The translations under genes and the position numbers were made by a program. Of a DNA stretch of 64,000 nucleotides, positions 41,502-53,244 are shown piece after piece. Origin of the DNA: Epiperipatus broadwayi (Eukaryota > Animalia > Onychophora); NCBI GenBank assembly GCA_028023455.1, contig JAQFVV010000009.1:6820001-6884000 (forward strand), written 5' to 3'. Within the stretch, counting starts at the first letter, position 1. Each line of letters begins with the position of its first letter. The notes below the pieces were generated by a model that was given only the letters and a program-made list of their open reading frames with translations, searched no databases and was not told the DNA's origin.

Positions 41502-41902
41502 CAGGGGTCCCCAACCCTATGCCCGTATTTTACGTGTGTCCCGCCGCTATCCGAACACGATAAAAAATTATTTATCTGATACAAATAAATTTAATTTTTA
41601 AAATTTCTTATAAATTATTGTATTATATTGTAATCAAATTGTAGGGCATACTATACTTTTACAGCATAAAAATATAAACATTAATTATATGTTAATTATA
41701 TTATTAATTAATTATATTAAATTTTATTTTTGAAATAAATATTTCTTTGTACATTATGTGTATTATTAACAATATCCAACTATAAATTTACATTGAAAAA
41801 ATAAATGATGCCCACCATCTGGTTGAAAAAACTAAATGGTGCCCGCTACCTGGCCAGTATTATAGAATGTGCTCTTAAGTGCAAAAAGGTTGGGGACCCC
41901 TG
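41502..41902. mobile_element. 401-bp hAT-Charlie-type MITE
   Basis: 15-bp perfect TIRs CAGGGGTCCCCAACC / GGTTGGGGACCCCTG. 8-bp TSD GTCTAGAG (41494-41501) / GCCTAGAG (41903-41910) fits the NTCTAGAN Charlie target. Confidence 0.92.
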
Positions 41903-42293
41903 GCCTAGAGATTATCCAATAAAAAATAATATTTCTACAGTGTAATTTTCATTACATCATTGTCATGCAAGGTAGGGACTAGTTTCTATCCGCTTTTCAT
42001 AAACATATGACCAAAGATGTGAAAAAGATCTACGATAGCCAAGATGTATATTTATTGTATTTTCCATGAATTTGTACATTGGTTTTTATGGTGTTAAAAA
42101 AATTACACATTTATAAATGAAAATAATTTTTTCATATAACCTACAAATGAATAATTATTCTCTTCTATATATTATTATCCATTGATAAAAAATCAAGTCA
42201 TATGACCTAATTTTAATAAAGCTCCTATTTACAAATGTTATATATAGAGTAAGTTAACAACAAACTCTTATGAAGCTTCAAAAATACCCTCAA

Positions 42294-42333
42294 CCTCAGA
42301 CCGCGGTTTCTGCCTCTAGCGTCATCAGTGAGG
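42294..42333 (-). ncRNA. Type I hammerhead ribozyme, family B copy 1 (core intact)
   Basis: CCTCA-CTGATGA-CGCTAGAGGCA-GAAAC-CGCG-GTC-TGAGG: perfect 5-bp stem I, 8-nt palindrome ACCGCGGT in stem III, GUC cleavage triplet (cut after 42299 on the minus strand). Confidence 0.88.
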
Positions 42334-42662
42334 TGCTAGGGAATAAAAATACTAGAACTAGTCCAGCATTTTATCAATGCCTAACTATTGAGAAGAAAAT
42401 CTGAAACTTTCAGACATTTAAATGTCCAAAAATCCAGCTATCTAACTCAAATAGCAGTATGGGACTGAAGTAAGTTCAGATACACCATATATTAATAGCT
42501 CTAGCAATATAAAATCGCCAAAGCATTAATAGCAAAAAACTAAAATTAAATTGATAAAAAATCAAGTCATATGACCTAATTTTAATAAAGCTCCTATTTA
42601 CAAATGTTATATATAGAGTAAGTTAAAAACAAACTCTTATGAAGCTTCAAAAATACCCTCAA

Positions 42663-42702
42663 CCTCAGACCGCGGTTTCTGCCTCTAGCGTCATCAGTGA
42701 GG
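42663..42702 (-). ncRNA. Type I hammerhead ribozyme, family B copy 2 (core intact)
   Basis: Identical to copy 1 and 369 nt upstream on the same strand (cut after 42668). Confidence 0.88.
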
Positions 42703-42918
42703 TGCTAGGGAATAAAAATACTAGAACTAGTCCAGCATTTTATCAATGCCTAACTATTGATATATGGTGTATCTGAACTTACTTCAGTCCCATACTGCTA
42801 TTTGAGTTAGATAGCTGGATTTTTGGACATTTAAATGTCTGAAAGTTTCAGATTTTCTTCTCAATAGTTAGGCATTGATAAAATGCTGGACTAGTTCTAG
42901 TATTTTTATTCCCTAGCA

Positions 42919-42958
42919 CCTCACTGATGACACTAGAGGCAGAAACCGCGGTCTGAGG
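42919..42958 (+). ncRNA. Type I hammerhead ribozyme, family B copy 3 (core intact, stem II weakened)
   Basis: CCTCA-CTGATGA-CACTAGAGGCA-GAAACCGCGGTC-TGAGG. One CpG-type G>A change in stem II. Confidence 0.8.
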
Positions 42959-45512
42959 TTGAGGGTATTTTTGAAGCTTCATAAGAGTTTGTTTTTAACT
43001 TACTCTATATATAATATTATTATCCATAAAAGTGTTATTTCAAATAATGATTTTAATCCTACTTGGAAAAATTAAATTTAACTTTATTATTATATTTCTT
43101 ACATTAATGCATGTGATAGTGAATATAGATTTGACAAACATGAAATATTTTCATTTATTGATCATCTTCCCCCCCTGTGCCCATTTAAATTATTGAAATT
43201 ATTTTCTTCTCTAGTTTATCATATGGAGGTTGTATATATATTTTTATATATTTTTTATAATGTCATAATAATTTAATTGGGAATCAACAATATAAAATAA
43301 TTTAAACATTTAATCTTGATTGTAACAAGAACATAATATTTTAAAGTCAGCAGAATTAAGCAATCAAATTATTACTTTGTACTATGTTGAAAATTTTATT
43401 TATCCCATTCATATCATTATTAGGAATTGATGATAATGTGATGGCATTTAATAATAATAAACAGTACTTAAAATCACAATTTTGAAAACTAGCTTGTTGA
43501 ATTACAATATTTTACATTATTTAATCAAAGAGTTCAACATACATATCTACACTATATTATACTGGATTAACATAGTTTTCATTTAACATTGTGTTTCTGT
43601 AGGATTTAGTACTTGGGTTAAAAAGGATTTTATTTTTTTGTCATAGTAGTTGACCTTTATATATGAATTTTTGCCTTGATATTTTATTAATATATTATGA
43701 TCTTTGTTTATGTCAGAGTTTTATTGTGCAATTTTTTTTTTAAATTTATATTTATATTAAAATATTTTCATTATTATTTTTTATAATTACTCAGTTTCTC
43801 ATTATAACACTAAACGTTTTTCATTAAATTTGTCCCAATTCTATTATGATGAATAGTTGATGAATTAAATTTCATAAAGTCTTTTTTTGGAATAATTTTT
43901 AAAAGAATTAGCATATGTATATTAAAAGGATTAGAATATATTGTATACAGAATATATATATACTTACTAATATTATAATGAAATTACAATAATTATTCTA
44001 TAATTAACATTTGATTTTATTTACTAATATTAATATGGAATAAAAATGCAATTGCTAATGATATTCCAACATAGAAAAAGTTAATGTATTGTGTTTATTG
44101 ACTGTTTGCAAGGAAGGAGGTGCTTCTATTACAAATATTGTGTTTTATGTAAGTTTGCATTTTTTTTTAATATAACAGTAATATATTGTCTTTATATCTA
44201 TTTCTGCATCATTTTTTACAGAATTAAATTTTGCTTAGATATTTGAAACTAAATTTCCATAAAAATCTGGAATTGATTATAATGTAAAATAATTATAGAG
44301 ATCTTTAACTATATTGAATTAGCAATGTTTATTGTAAAAAAAATACTCATAAATTATGATTTGAAAATTTCTTTGTCATTAATGATATGTGCTGTACAGA
44401 GATACTTTATTGTTCACAATCACTTATTTTTGGAAATACACTGTGAATCTTGTATTTAACAATAATGTGTGTATATTTGCATAAGAATAAACACTAAAAT
44501 TGGTAATTGAGACTGCAGTGCAATAAAATTATAACACCTATTTAAACAGGCAAAACTCTCCATACAGTAGTGCCACTCAGTGCCAACCCAAGTAATCAAT
44601 GGATGCCAGAAGGCTTAAAAAAAAGCTCACTGACAAAGGCCATAAGCCAGAAACTAGTCTGGGGATTTTGGATGAGCTAGGTATTCCATAAGGATTTTAT
44701 GCACAAGCCTTCTGGCATCCATTGATTATTCTGGTTGGCACTGAGTGGCACTACTGTATGGAGAGTTGCCTGTTTTAATAACTAAGGTGATAGCAGAAGA
44801 AATAGTGATTATGTGATGTTTAGTGGTTTAACACCAATCCTGCCCAATAGGGTACTGGTGGCTATGGTTGTCAAAGAGCAAAAGACACCAAAATGTATGG
44901 GTACTGAACTGGGTTCAGACCATATGACTATAAGCTATTGAGTTTAGATTGAAAATATTGTGTTTTTCAATATTATTCTCATAGTTTTGTTGTTAAGTAG
45001 AGATAAAAAGTGGCTGCTGAAGGGTTGCATTAGATCCTAAGATCTAGGTGCAGTGCTCTCAGATCCAAAGCTCCTCACTGACAAAGGCCACAAGCCAGAA
45101 ACTAGTCTGGGGATATTGGATGAGTAGGCACTAGATAGGGATTTTATGCACAAGTCTTCTGAAATCCATTGATTACTCTGGTTGGCCCTGAGTGGCACTG
45201 CTGTATGGAGAGTTGCTTGTTTTAATAATGTGCTAGCATAAGAAATAGTGATCATGTGATGTTTAGTTGTCTAACACCAATCCTGCCTAATAGGATAGTG
45301 GTGGCTATGGTTGTTAAAGAGCCAAAGACACCAAAATGTATGGGTGCGGTGCTGGGCTCAGATCCATTGAGTATATAAGCTATTGACATTAGATTGAAAA
45401 TATTGTGTTTTCAATTTCTCATAGTTTTGTAGTTAAGTAGAGATAAAAAGTGGCTGCTAGAGGATTGCATTAGATCCTAAGATCTAGGTGCAGTGCTTTC
45501 AGATCCAAAGCT

Positions 45513-45552
45513 CCTCACTGATGAAGACCACAAGCCTGAAACTAGTCTAGGG
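45513..45552 (+). ncRNA. Type I hammerhead ribozyme, family A (core intact, single mismatches in stems I and II)
   Basis: CCTCA-CTGATGA-AGACCACAAGCCT-GAAAC-TA-GTC-TAGGG; palindromic ACTAGT stem III. Confidence 0.7.
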
Positions 45553-46371
45553 ATATTGGATGAGTAGGCACTAGATAGGAATTTTATGCACAAGCCTTCT
45601 GGCATCCATTGATTACCCTGTTTAGTATTAAGTAGCACTACTGTATGGAGATCTCGTTTTGCCTGTTTCAATAACAGTAATGTGGTAGCATAAGAAATAA
45701 TGGCATGTGATGTTTAGTGGTTAACACCAATCCTGCCTAATAGGATAGTGGTGACTATAGTTGTTAAAGAGCCAAAGACACCAAAATGTATGGGTACTGA
45801 ACTGGGTTCAGATCGAAATGACTGTATAAGCTGTTGCATTAGATCCTAAGGTCTAGGTGCAGTGCTCTCAGACCCAAAGCTTCTCACTGACAAAGGCCAC
45901 AAGCCAGAAACTAGTCTGGGGATATTGGATGAGTAAGCATTAGATAAGGATTTTATGCACAAGCCTTCTGGGATCCATTGATTACTCTGGTTAGCACTGA
46001 GTGGCACTACTGTATGGAGAGTTTTGCCTGTTTTAATAACACTACTGTATGGAGAGTTGCCTGTTTTAATAACAGTAATGAGCTAGCATAAGTTATAGTG
46101 ATCATGTGATGTTTAGTGGTTTAACATCAATCCTGCCTAATACGATAGTGGCGGCTATGGTTGTTAAAGAGCCAAAGGCACTAAAATGTATGGGTATTGA
46201 ACTGGGTTCAGACCCATATGACTATGTAAGCTATTGAGCTTAGATTGAAAATATTATTGTGTTTTCAAATTTTATTCTCATAGTTTTGTAGTTAAGTAGA
46301 GATAAAAAGTGGCTGCTGGATGCTTGCATTAGATTCTAAGATCTAGGTGCAGTGCTCTCAGATCCAAAGCT

Positions 46372-46411
46372 CCTCACTGACGAAGGCCACAAGCCAGAAA
46401 CTAGTCTCGAT
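46372..46411 (+). ncRNA. Type I hammerhead ribozyme, family A (core intact, 3' arm of stem I damaged)
   Basis: CCTCA-CTGACGA-AGGCCACAAGCCA-GAAACTAGTC-TCGAT. Sister motifs at 44625, 45073 and 45882 have CTGACAA; the one at 46832 has ATGACGA. Confidence 0.6.
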
Positions 46412-48003
46412 ATTGGATGAGTAAGCACTAGATAAGGATTTTATGCACAAGCCTTCTGGCATCCATTGATTACTCTGGTTATCGCTGTGTGGCACTACTG
46501 TATGGAGAGTTTTGCCTGTTTTAATAACACTATTGTATGGAGAGTTGCCTGTTTTAATAACAGTAATGTGCTAGCATAAGTTATAGTGATCATGTGATGT
46601 TTAGTGGATTAACACCAATCCTGCCTAATACGATAGTGGTGGCTATGGTTGTTAAAGAGCAAAAGGCACTAAAATGTATGACTAGATAAGCTGTTGAGCT
46701 TAGATTGAAAATATTATTGTGTTTTCAAATTTTATTCTCATAGTTTTGTAGTTAAGTAGAGATAAAAAGTGGCTGCTGGAGGGTTGCATTATATTCTAAG
46801 ATCTAGATGCAGTGCTCTCAGATCCAAAGCTCCTCAATGACGAAGGCCACAAGCCTGAAACTAGTCTAGGGATATTGGATGAGTAGGCACTAGATAGCGA
46901 TTTTATGCGCAAGCCTTCCAGCATCCATTGATTACTCTGGTTGGCACTGAGTGGCTCTACTGTATGGTGAGTTTTGTCTCTTTTAATAACAGTAATGTGC
47001 TAGCATAAGAAATAGTCGTCATGTGATGTTTAGTGGTTTAACACCTATTTAATTTATTAGTTGATATGTGCAGTAAATATAAAACTGACAGTGTGGCCAT
47101 TTAAATTTTTTGAATTATTAAAGAAACTGAACAGAGCAAACTTCTAATCTTTATAATCTTGTAATTGAAGCTAATATTATAATGTGATTGTTCAAATGGT
47201 AAATGGACTAGTATCATGAGTATTATTATATGTTTTAACTGTTTTTTTGTTTGTCTGTCTGTGACATCTTGCAACTCAATTTTCATCCTTCCCAAGTTCC
47301 AATAGTTGAAATTTTACATACATATGTATTCCTTATGATAGTACATTTTTAAAGAGTTTGCAAGCATTTTTAACAACAATAGAAAATTAGTGAAAAAGTG
47401 CCATTTTTAATTTTATATGGGCTCTAGTATTTTTTGTGGTATTGCCATCTAGCAACATTATTATAGTAAGAAGAAATAATAGCAAAAAAAAAAGAGGAAA
47501 AAAATCATTAAAACAGAATAATATTATTCACCATTCTACATTGCAAAGTTACAAAAACTGGAAATAAATTAAGAGAAAAAATAATAACTGTAACATGAAT
47601 TTTTTAATAAAGCCAACTTATGCTATGGTTTTCTCAGCTTAGACAATTACAAAGAATACTTTACAAAAAAAATTACATATCCTATATTATTTGTAAAATT
47701 ATACACTTTGTTGGAACTTCATTACATATCATTAAATGTAGCTGAATATATCTTAAATGGTTGCCAGGTAACCTAGAATTAAAAAGATCTCACTCTAAGT
47801 TTATAAACTATGAGATTTTTGATCCTTTAAATTGAACTAATTTTTGTTGATTTTCCTTATGTGAACAAAAGCTTTTATATTTGCTTATTTAATAAATCTA
47901 TTTAAAAAATTATTTTGGCATTAAAAAATAATTTTAAATTTGTCAATAAATTTTTATTTTCCAGTTTTAAAAAAGTTATAAAATGAAATAATATTATATA
48001 TAT

Positions 48004-51000
48004 TATAACAGGGCTGAGTTCAAACCCTGTTCTAAGTCAGACGGTAATATTACCGAGCATATATATCTAATTAAATCAAAAGTAATGTTAAGTAAATTAT
48101 TATTTTTCTTTTTCGTTGTGGTCTTGTATGTGAGCGCATACATATATATTTAAGTAATTAAATAAAAAAAAAAACAGATTGAAAACAAGAGGGATGGGGG
48201 ATTATATGGTTTGTGCTCTGATATTTGTTTATACGCGTGTTTATATTGCTGCATGAGTGAGTAAATGTAATAATTTGGTAAAAAGGAATAAAAGTTATTT
48301 TAATTTAAAAACAAATATTCCAAGATGGTCGACCTAAAGAAGAATGTTACAAATTATAAAAAAGAATAAATTAATTGCAAAGAAAGGACCCGAAAAATTG
48401 CAGATCGCTATCTTGAAACAAAGACATTTTAATTAATAAAATAAAATGTTAAAAATAAGAGACAATGAACGGTCGAGTGTACATCTCAAGGTAAATTGTA
48501 AATTCCTAAACTTAGATAAGAGAAACAAAGAAAAGTATTGAATAGATTTTCGTTTCGCAAACCACGTGGTTTAATGAAAGAAGAAAGAACAATAGCATGA
48601 TTAATGGGAGTCGAAAAGCTGAACTGAGAAGGACTTCTATAGCTGTGACTGCCACGAGCAGGATCGTAAGAAAAAGTTGGTAAAAAGAAAAAAAGTTTAT
48701 AATCGAAAAATCATGAACAGGCTGGTGTAGAAGAGCAGAATGGGCCAGGCTATGCCATCGATCCTGCGGAGAGACTACCGTCACTGTAAATGTAGGAGCG
48801 AAGCTCTTCTTCAAACTATGAAAAGAACAGCCTTCACCGGACGCCATTGATTGCCTTATGGAAATTGACCAAAGAAAGAAATCTTTTAATCGTGCAGCTA
48901 ATAATCTACACCCGGGTGAGATAAACCAAACATTTTTTCGTAAGTGATAATAACTATTTTGAATGAAAGCACGTCCTATTAAATAATGCGTAAAAGGGTT
49001 AAAGTAAATGAATAAAATGTTGAAATAATACCCTGTATGCGCCTTAATAGACAATACCTGATTGAAATAGCAAAACTTAAGTTTAAACTACGTAATAAAC
49101 GTATATCACATATATACGTGTTTACGCCGGAATAAACGGTTACAATGGTGCACCAACAAAGGATTTCGAAGAGCAGAAAGTAGGGGAGGGGGATAGAATA
49201 TAAGTTAGATAAGACAGTCTACTATGAAGTTGCTTTATATGTTTTTTTTTTTTTTTAAAAAGGAAAGAAATACTGTATAAGAGCTATAAAATATAGCATG
49301 TGTAGACGAATTATTGCTGGTAGTTTATTTTGTCTGTATGGAAATTAATTAGGTCAAAATCGCATTTGAATTAATATTTTAATATATATGTATGTATTGA
49401 ACAGTCCGTGAAAATTTTGTTGTTTGATTCGAAGAGAAATAATATTATATATGCGAGTTTTATTTTCTGTTTAAGAGTTTTCTTAGTGTGTTGAACATTT
49501 AACTGCTTTGACATTTACAAAAGTGAATAAATAAAAAACTTTCGTAACTTTTTATTTGATATAATTAAGAGTGATCAATTTTAGAAAGCAGTATATTGAC
49601 TACGTTATATATGAACTCGTATATATATACATCTAAACATTACATACAAATTTTTTTTTTTGGATCCGTTTTATATATGTGTATGCGATTGGGAGATTGA
49701 TATTTGCGGAACAGTTTTACCCATAAAAGGGCATATAAAATACTGCTAGTGCTAGAAATCTACGGATTCACTTGAACAATTTAATATTTTGGTTTGATAG
49801 GCAAAGTAGCAAGAAAATACTAATCGTCTCGGTGAAAAACAGAAAGAAAGAGATTAAGGAATAGGGTTGAAAAGGGCTAGATAGAAAAATTAGACAGAGG
49901 ACACAGTACTGCGGGGATGGAGAGCAGGTCTGGTGCGTCTGATATGAAATAGTAATACAAAATCATCGTAATTAGTCATTATTAGAAATAGTGATAAATA
50001 TCCAAAAAGAAAGTGAATGATAAGCAGATCAAAGAAAAAAATGAAAAAACAGAAGGAAGAAAAGTAAAGAGAATGGAGTATGATCGAAATGATTATGGAA
50101 AGAGTAGACCTGAGATTTCAGGAATTAGAGGAAAGGATTGAAAAAAGGTTTCAAGAGATAGAACGGAAATTAGACGGGAAAGCAGATAAGTGTATAACGA
50201 AATAGAGCAAGGAAGAGCCAATAGAGGGAGAAATTATAGATAATGACGAGGAGTCTAGTGAAAAGAGAGTAGAAGGAAATCAGAATGAGTGTGAAGAGAA
50301 AGAAAAACAGGGAGATAAGGTAAAGGTAGCAGGAACATGGGAAACTAATACAAAATACGCAACTGTGCAGGCCAACGCCAGCCAATTTATAAAGATTCGG
50401 CCATTCTCCGGTCAAATGGGAGAAGCTCCCGTAGAACACCTGCAGAACTTGAGGAGAAAAGCGTCGATTGGGGAAACGGTCGAGGTGCTAGAGGCACTAG
50501 ACCTGAGGGCTTATGATTATGACAGGCCGATGGATCGAGAAGAAGAGCCTCACGGAGCACGAGTCATCAGATTTGGTGAAAGAGAATGGGGGTCAGATTG
50601 GAACCCACCGGATCCCAAAAGAGAAGATAGTAGTACCCGACCAAAATGGCAGTACCTTTGTGAAGAGCGGAGACTGCCGAGCAAGTCAAATTATGGTCAA
50701 GGAAAGTATTCAAATTCACAAACGCCAAAGGAGGGTAAATAAACAAATCACTAAAACGGTCACTGATTTTGGAATATTTTTTTTATTATTATTACTAGGT
50801 GGTGGGTTAACATTTATAATATTATTATATGGGATTTTACATGAAATTAAGTAGAAGAGAAGAGTAGCATTTTTTTAAAAAATCTTTTGTTTCGTGTGGG
50901 TAAGCTTAGAGAGTTAGTAGAGCGGTCTCGTAATTCTGTCGGTGGATGGTGAGTTTGGCTGCTAGATCGATCACATTGTGTGTTGTGCGCTGTGTGTGGC

Positions 51001-53244
51001 TGCTGCTATTTCTGACATGGTCGACCTAACGTAGGATGCAGGCGCTACAAGTCTGTTTATTCAAGCCAACACGACTCCAAAGTGAGCATGGCAATTATGT
51101 ATAGTCCCACCTGTAAGACTCCAGAAGTGAGCAAGGTAGAGGGCAACCCATACAGAACCTGAAGGCTCAAAATAAGAGCCAGGTACTATTCCATCTATCT
51201 ACACTCATAAGACTCGGAAGCAGCAGAGTGTAGTTAGAAAAGTCCTTCTTTTAATAAAAAAAAAATAATCGTTTTTTTTTTTAAATAAAAAGTTTTTTTT
51301 TTCGGGGTCGTGTGAATACAGTCAGAATGGGGCAAGCTATATGTTGTGCATCGCAGGCAGTGTGCGCGTGAGTGGTGGTCGGATTCACTGTGTATTGCGG
51401 GGTTGCTAATCGTTTTACTCTTTGGTAAAGTTGCAGAAGAAAGAGAAAAAGAGGTAGGGCAAGTCGATTTAAGAAGATTTTTTTTTTTGAATAAGTAGAA
51501 TTATTTTTGGGGTTTTAGGAGTGAGCCATTTAAATACTAAAATGGTATTTAAAGGCTTTCGAAGGAGGGGGTATTATAACAGGGCTGAGTTCAAACCCTG
51601 TTCTAAGTCAGACGGTAATATTACCGAGCATATATATCTAATTAAATCAAAAGTAATGTTAAGTAAATTATTATTTTTCTTTTTCGTTGTGGTCTTGTAT
51701 GCGAGCGCATACATATATATTTAAGTAATTAAATAAAAAAAAACAGATTGAAATATAAGAGGGACGGGGGATTATATGGTTTGTGCTCTGATATTTATTT
51801 ATACGCGTGTTTATATTGCTGCATGAGTGAGTAAATGTAATAATTTCGTAAAAAGGAATAAAAGTTATTTTAATTTAAAAAGAAATATTCCAAGATGGTC
51901 GACCAAAAGAAGAATGTTACAAATTATAAAAAAAATAAATTAATTGCAAAGAAAGGACCCGAAAAGTTGCAGATCGCTATCTTGAAACAAAGACATTTTA
52001 ATTAATAAAATAAAATGTTAAAAATAAGAGACAATGAATGGTCGAGTGTAGATCGCAAGGTAAATTGGAAATTCCTAAGCTTAGATAAGAGAAACAAAGA
52101 AAAGAAAAGTATTGAAAAGATTTTCGTTTCGCAAACCACGTGGTTTAATGAAAGAAGAAAGAACAATAGCATGATTAATGAGAGTCAAGAAAGCTGAACT
52201 GAGAAGGACTTATATAGCTGTGACTGCCACGAGCAGGATCGTAAGAAAAAGTTGGTAAAAAGAAAAAAAGTTTATAATCGAAAAATCATGAACAGGCTGG
52301 GGTAGAAGAGCAGAATGGGCCAGGCTATGCCATCCATCCTGCGGAGAGACTACCATCACTGTAAATGTAGGAGCGAAGCCCTTCTTCAAACTATGAAAAG
52401 AACAGCCTTCACCGGACGCCATTGATTGCCTTATGGAAATTGACCAAAGAAAGAAATCTTTTAATCGTACAGCTAATAATCTACACCCGGGTGAGAAAAG
52501 GTAAACCAAACATTTTTCGTAAGTGATAATAACTATTTTGAATGAAAGCACGTCCTATTAAATAATGCGTAAAAGGGTTAAAGTAAATGAAGAAAATGTT
52601 GAAATAATACCCTGTATACGCCTTAATAGACAATGCCTGATTGAAATTGTTTTCAAGCTATGATCTGTATTTTTGTGTATTGCATTTATAAACTTGTGCG
52701 AGTGTATTTACATGCGGGTTATTTAATTATTCGGGCACAAACCAATATCCAATTCTGGGATTCTATGGGTTTTGTTTTATTATTTGTTTTATATTAATAA
52801 ATATTAATTAGTATTATAAATTTAATTGTGTGTGTTAGTGTTAATTTCTTAAAATAATATTAAAAAGCAAAAAGTAGGAAAGCAAACGAATCGTTCATGC
52901 GCTACATGCGCATTTTTATATGTTCCCTCCACCTCTTTCCCACGGTCACCGACTACTACCCCTGAGTGAGCTAGCCAGAGGTACAAGCTCTAACCACCAG
53001 AAATAGATACTCATTCTCTCCCAGCATAATTCTTATTTATTCGTAGGTAAGATTGGCGCGTGAGGTCATTATTGATGCTCATAAATATGCTGGGCGAGTA
53101 ATTAGAGGGCATCGCAAAAACAATCACACATATATGTGTTCATATTATAAATTTCTGTTAAATAAAACAGTAAAACTTAAGTTTAAAATACGTAATAAAC
53201 GTATATCACATATATACGTGTTTACGCCGGAATAAACGGTTACA
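48004..53244 (+). mobile_element. Non-autonomous Ty3/Gypsy-type LTR element (gag remnant only)
   Basis: LTRs 48004-49144 and 51575-53244 (TATAAC...GTTACA, highly similar; the 3' LTR has ~520 extra bp at 52648-53168). PBS-like TGGTGCACCAAC at 49146; PPT GAAGGAGGGGG at 51561-51571; ATAT TSD. No pol. Confidence 0.88.
50017..50742 (+). pseudogene. Truncated gag-like frame of the LTR element (2 internal stops)
   Basis: Coiled-coil-like N-terminus (RFQELEERIEKRFQEIERKL) followed by IKIRPFSGQMGEAPVEHLQNL (Gypsy capsid 'FSG...P.EF...' motif). Track ORF 50365-50742 is the 3' part. Confidence 0.6.

Larger units (their letters stand above)
42183..43013. mobile_element. Hammerhead family B retrozyme-like insertion (369-nt unit, partial tandem + inverted copy, 14-bp TSD)
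   Basis: TSD ATATTATTATCCAT at 42169-42182 and 43014-43027. 369-bp period (42294 vs 42663); 42761-43013 is the reverse complement of 42239-42491. Copies are nearly identical. Confidence 0.93.
44546..47038 (+). mobile_element. Hammerhead family A tandem array (six ribozyme motifs, ~440-nt unit) with inverted 5' segment
   Basis: TSD TAACACCTATTTAA at 44532-44545 and 47039-47052. GTC cleavage sites at 44659, 45107, 45547, 45916, 46406 and 46866 (spacings 448, 440, 369, 490, 460). The first ~70 bp are inverted. Confidence 0.93.

Noticed and set aside
44546-47038. CRISPR-like or simple satellite interpretation of the array.
   Set aside because: Whole ~440-nt units repeat with no unique spacers, there are no cas genes, the context is eukaryotic, and a TSD flanks the whole array.
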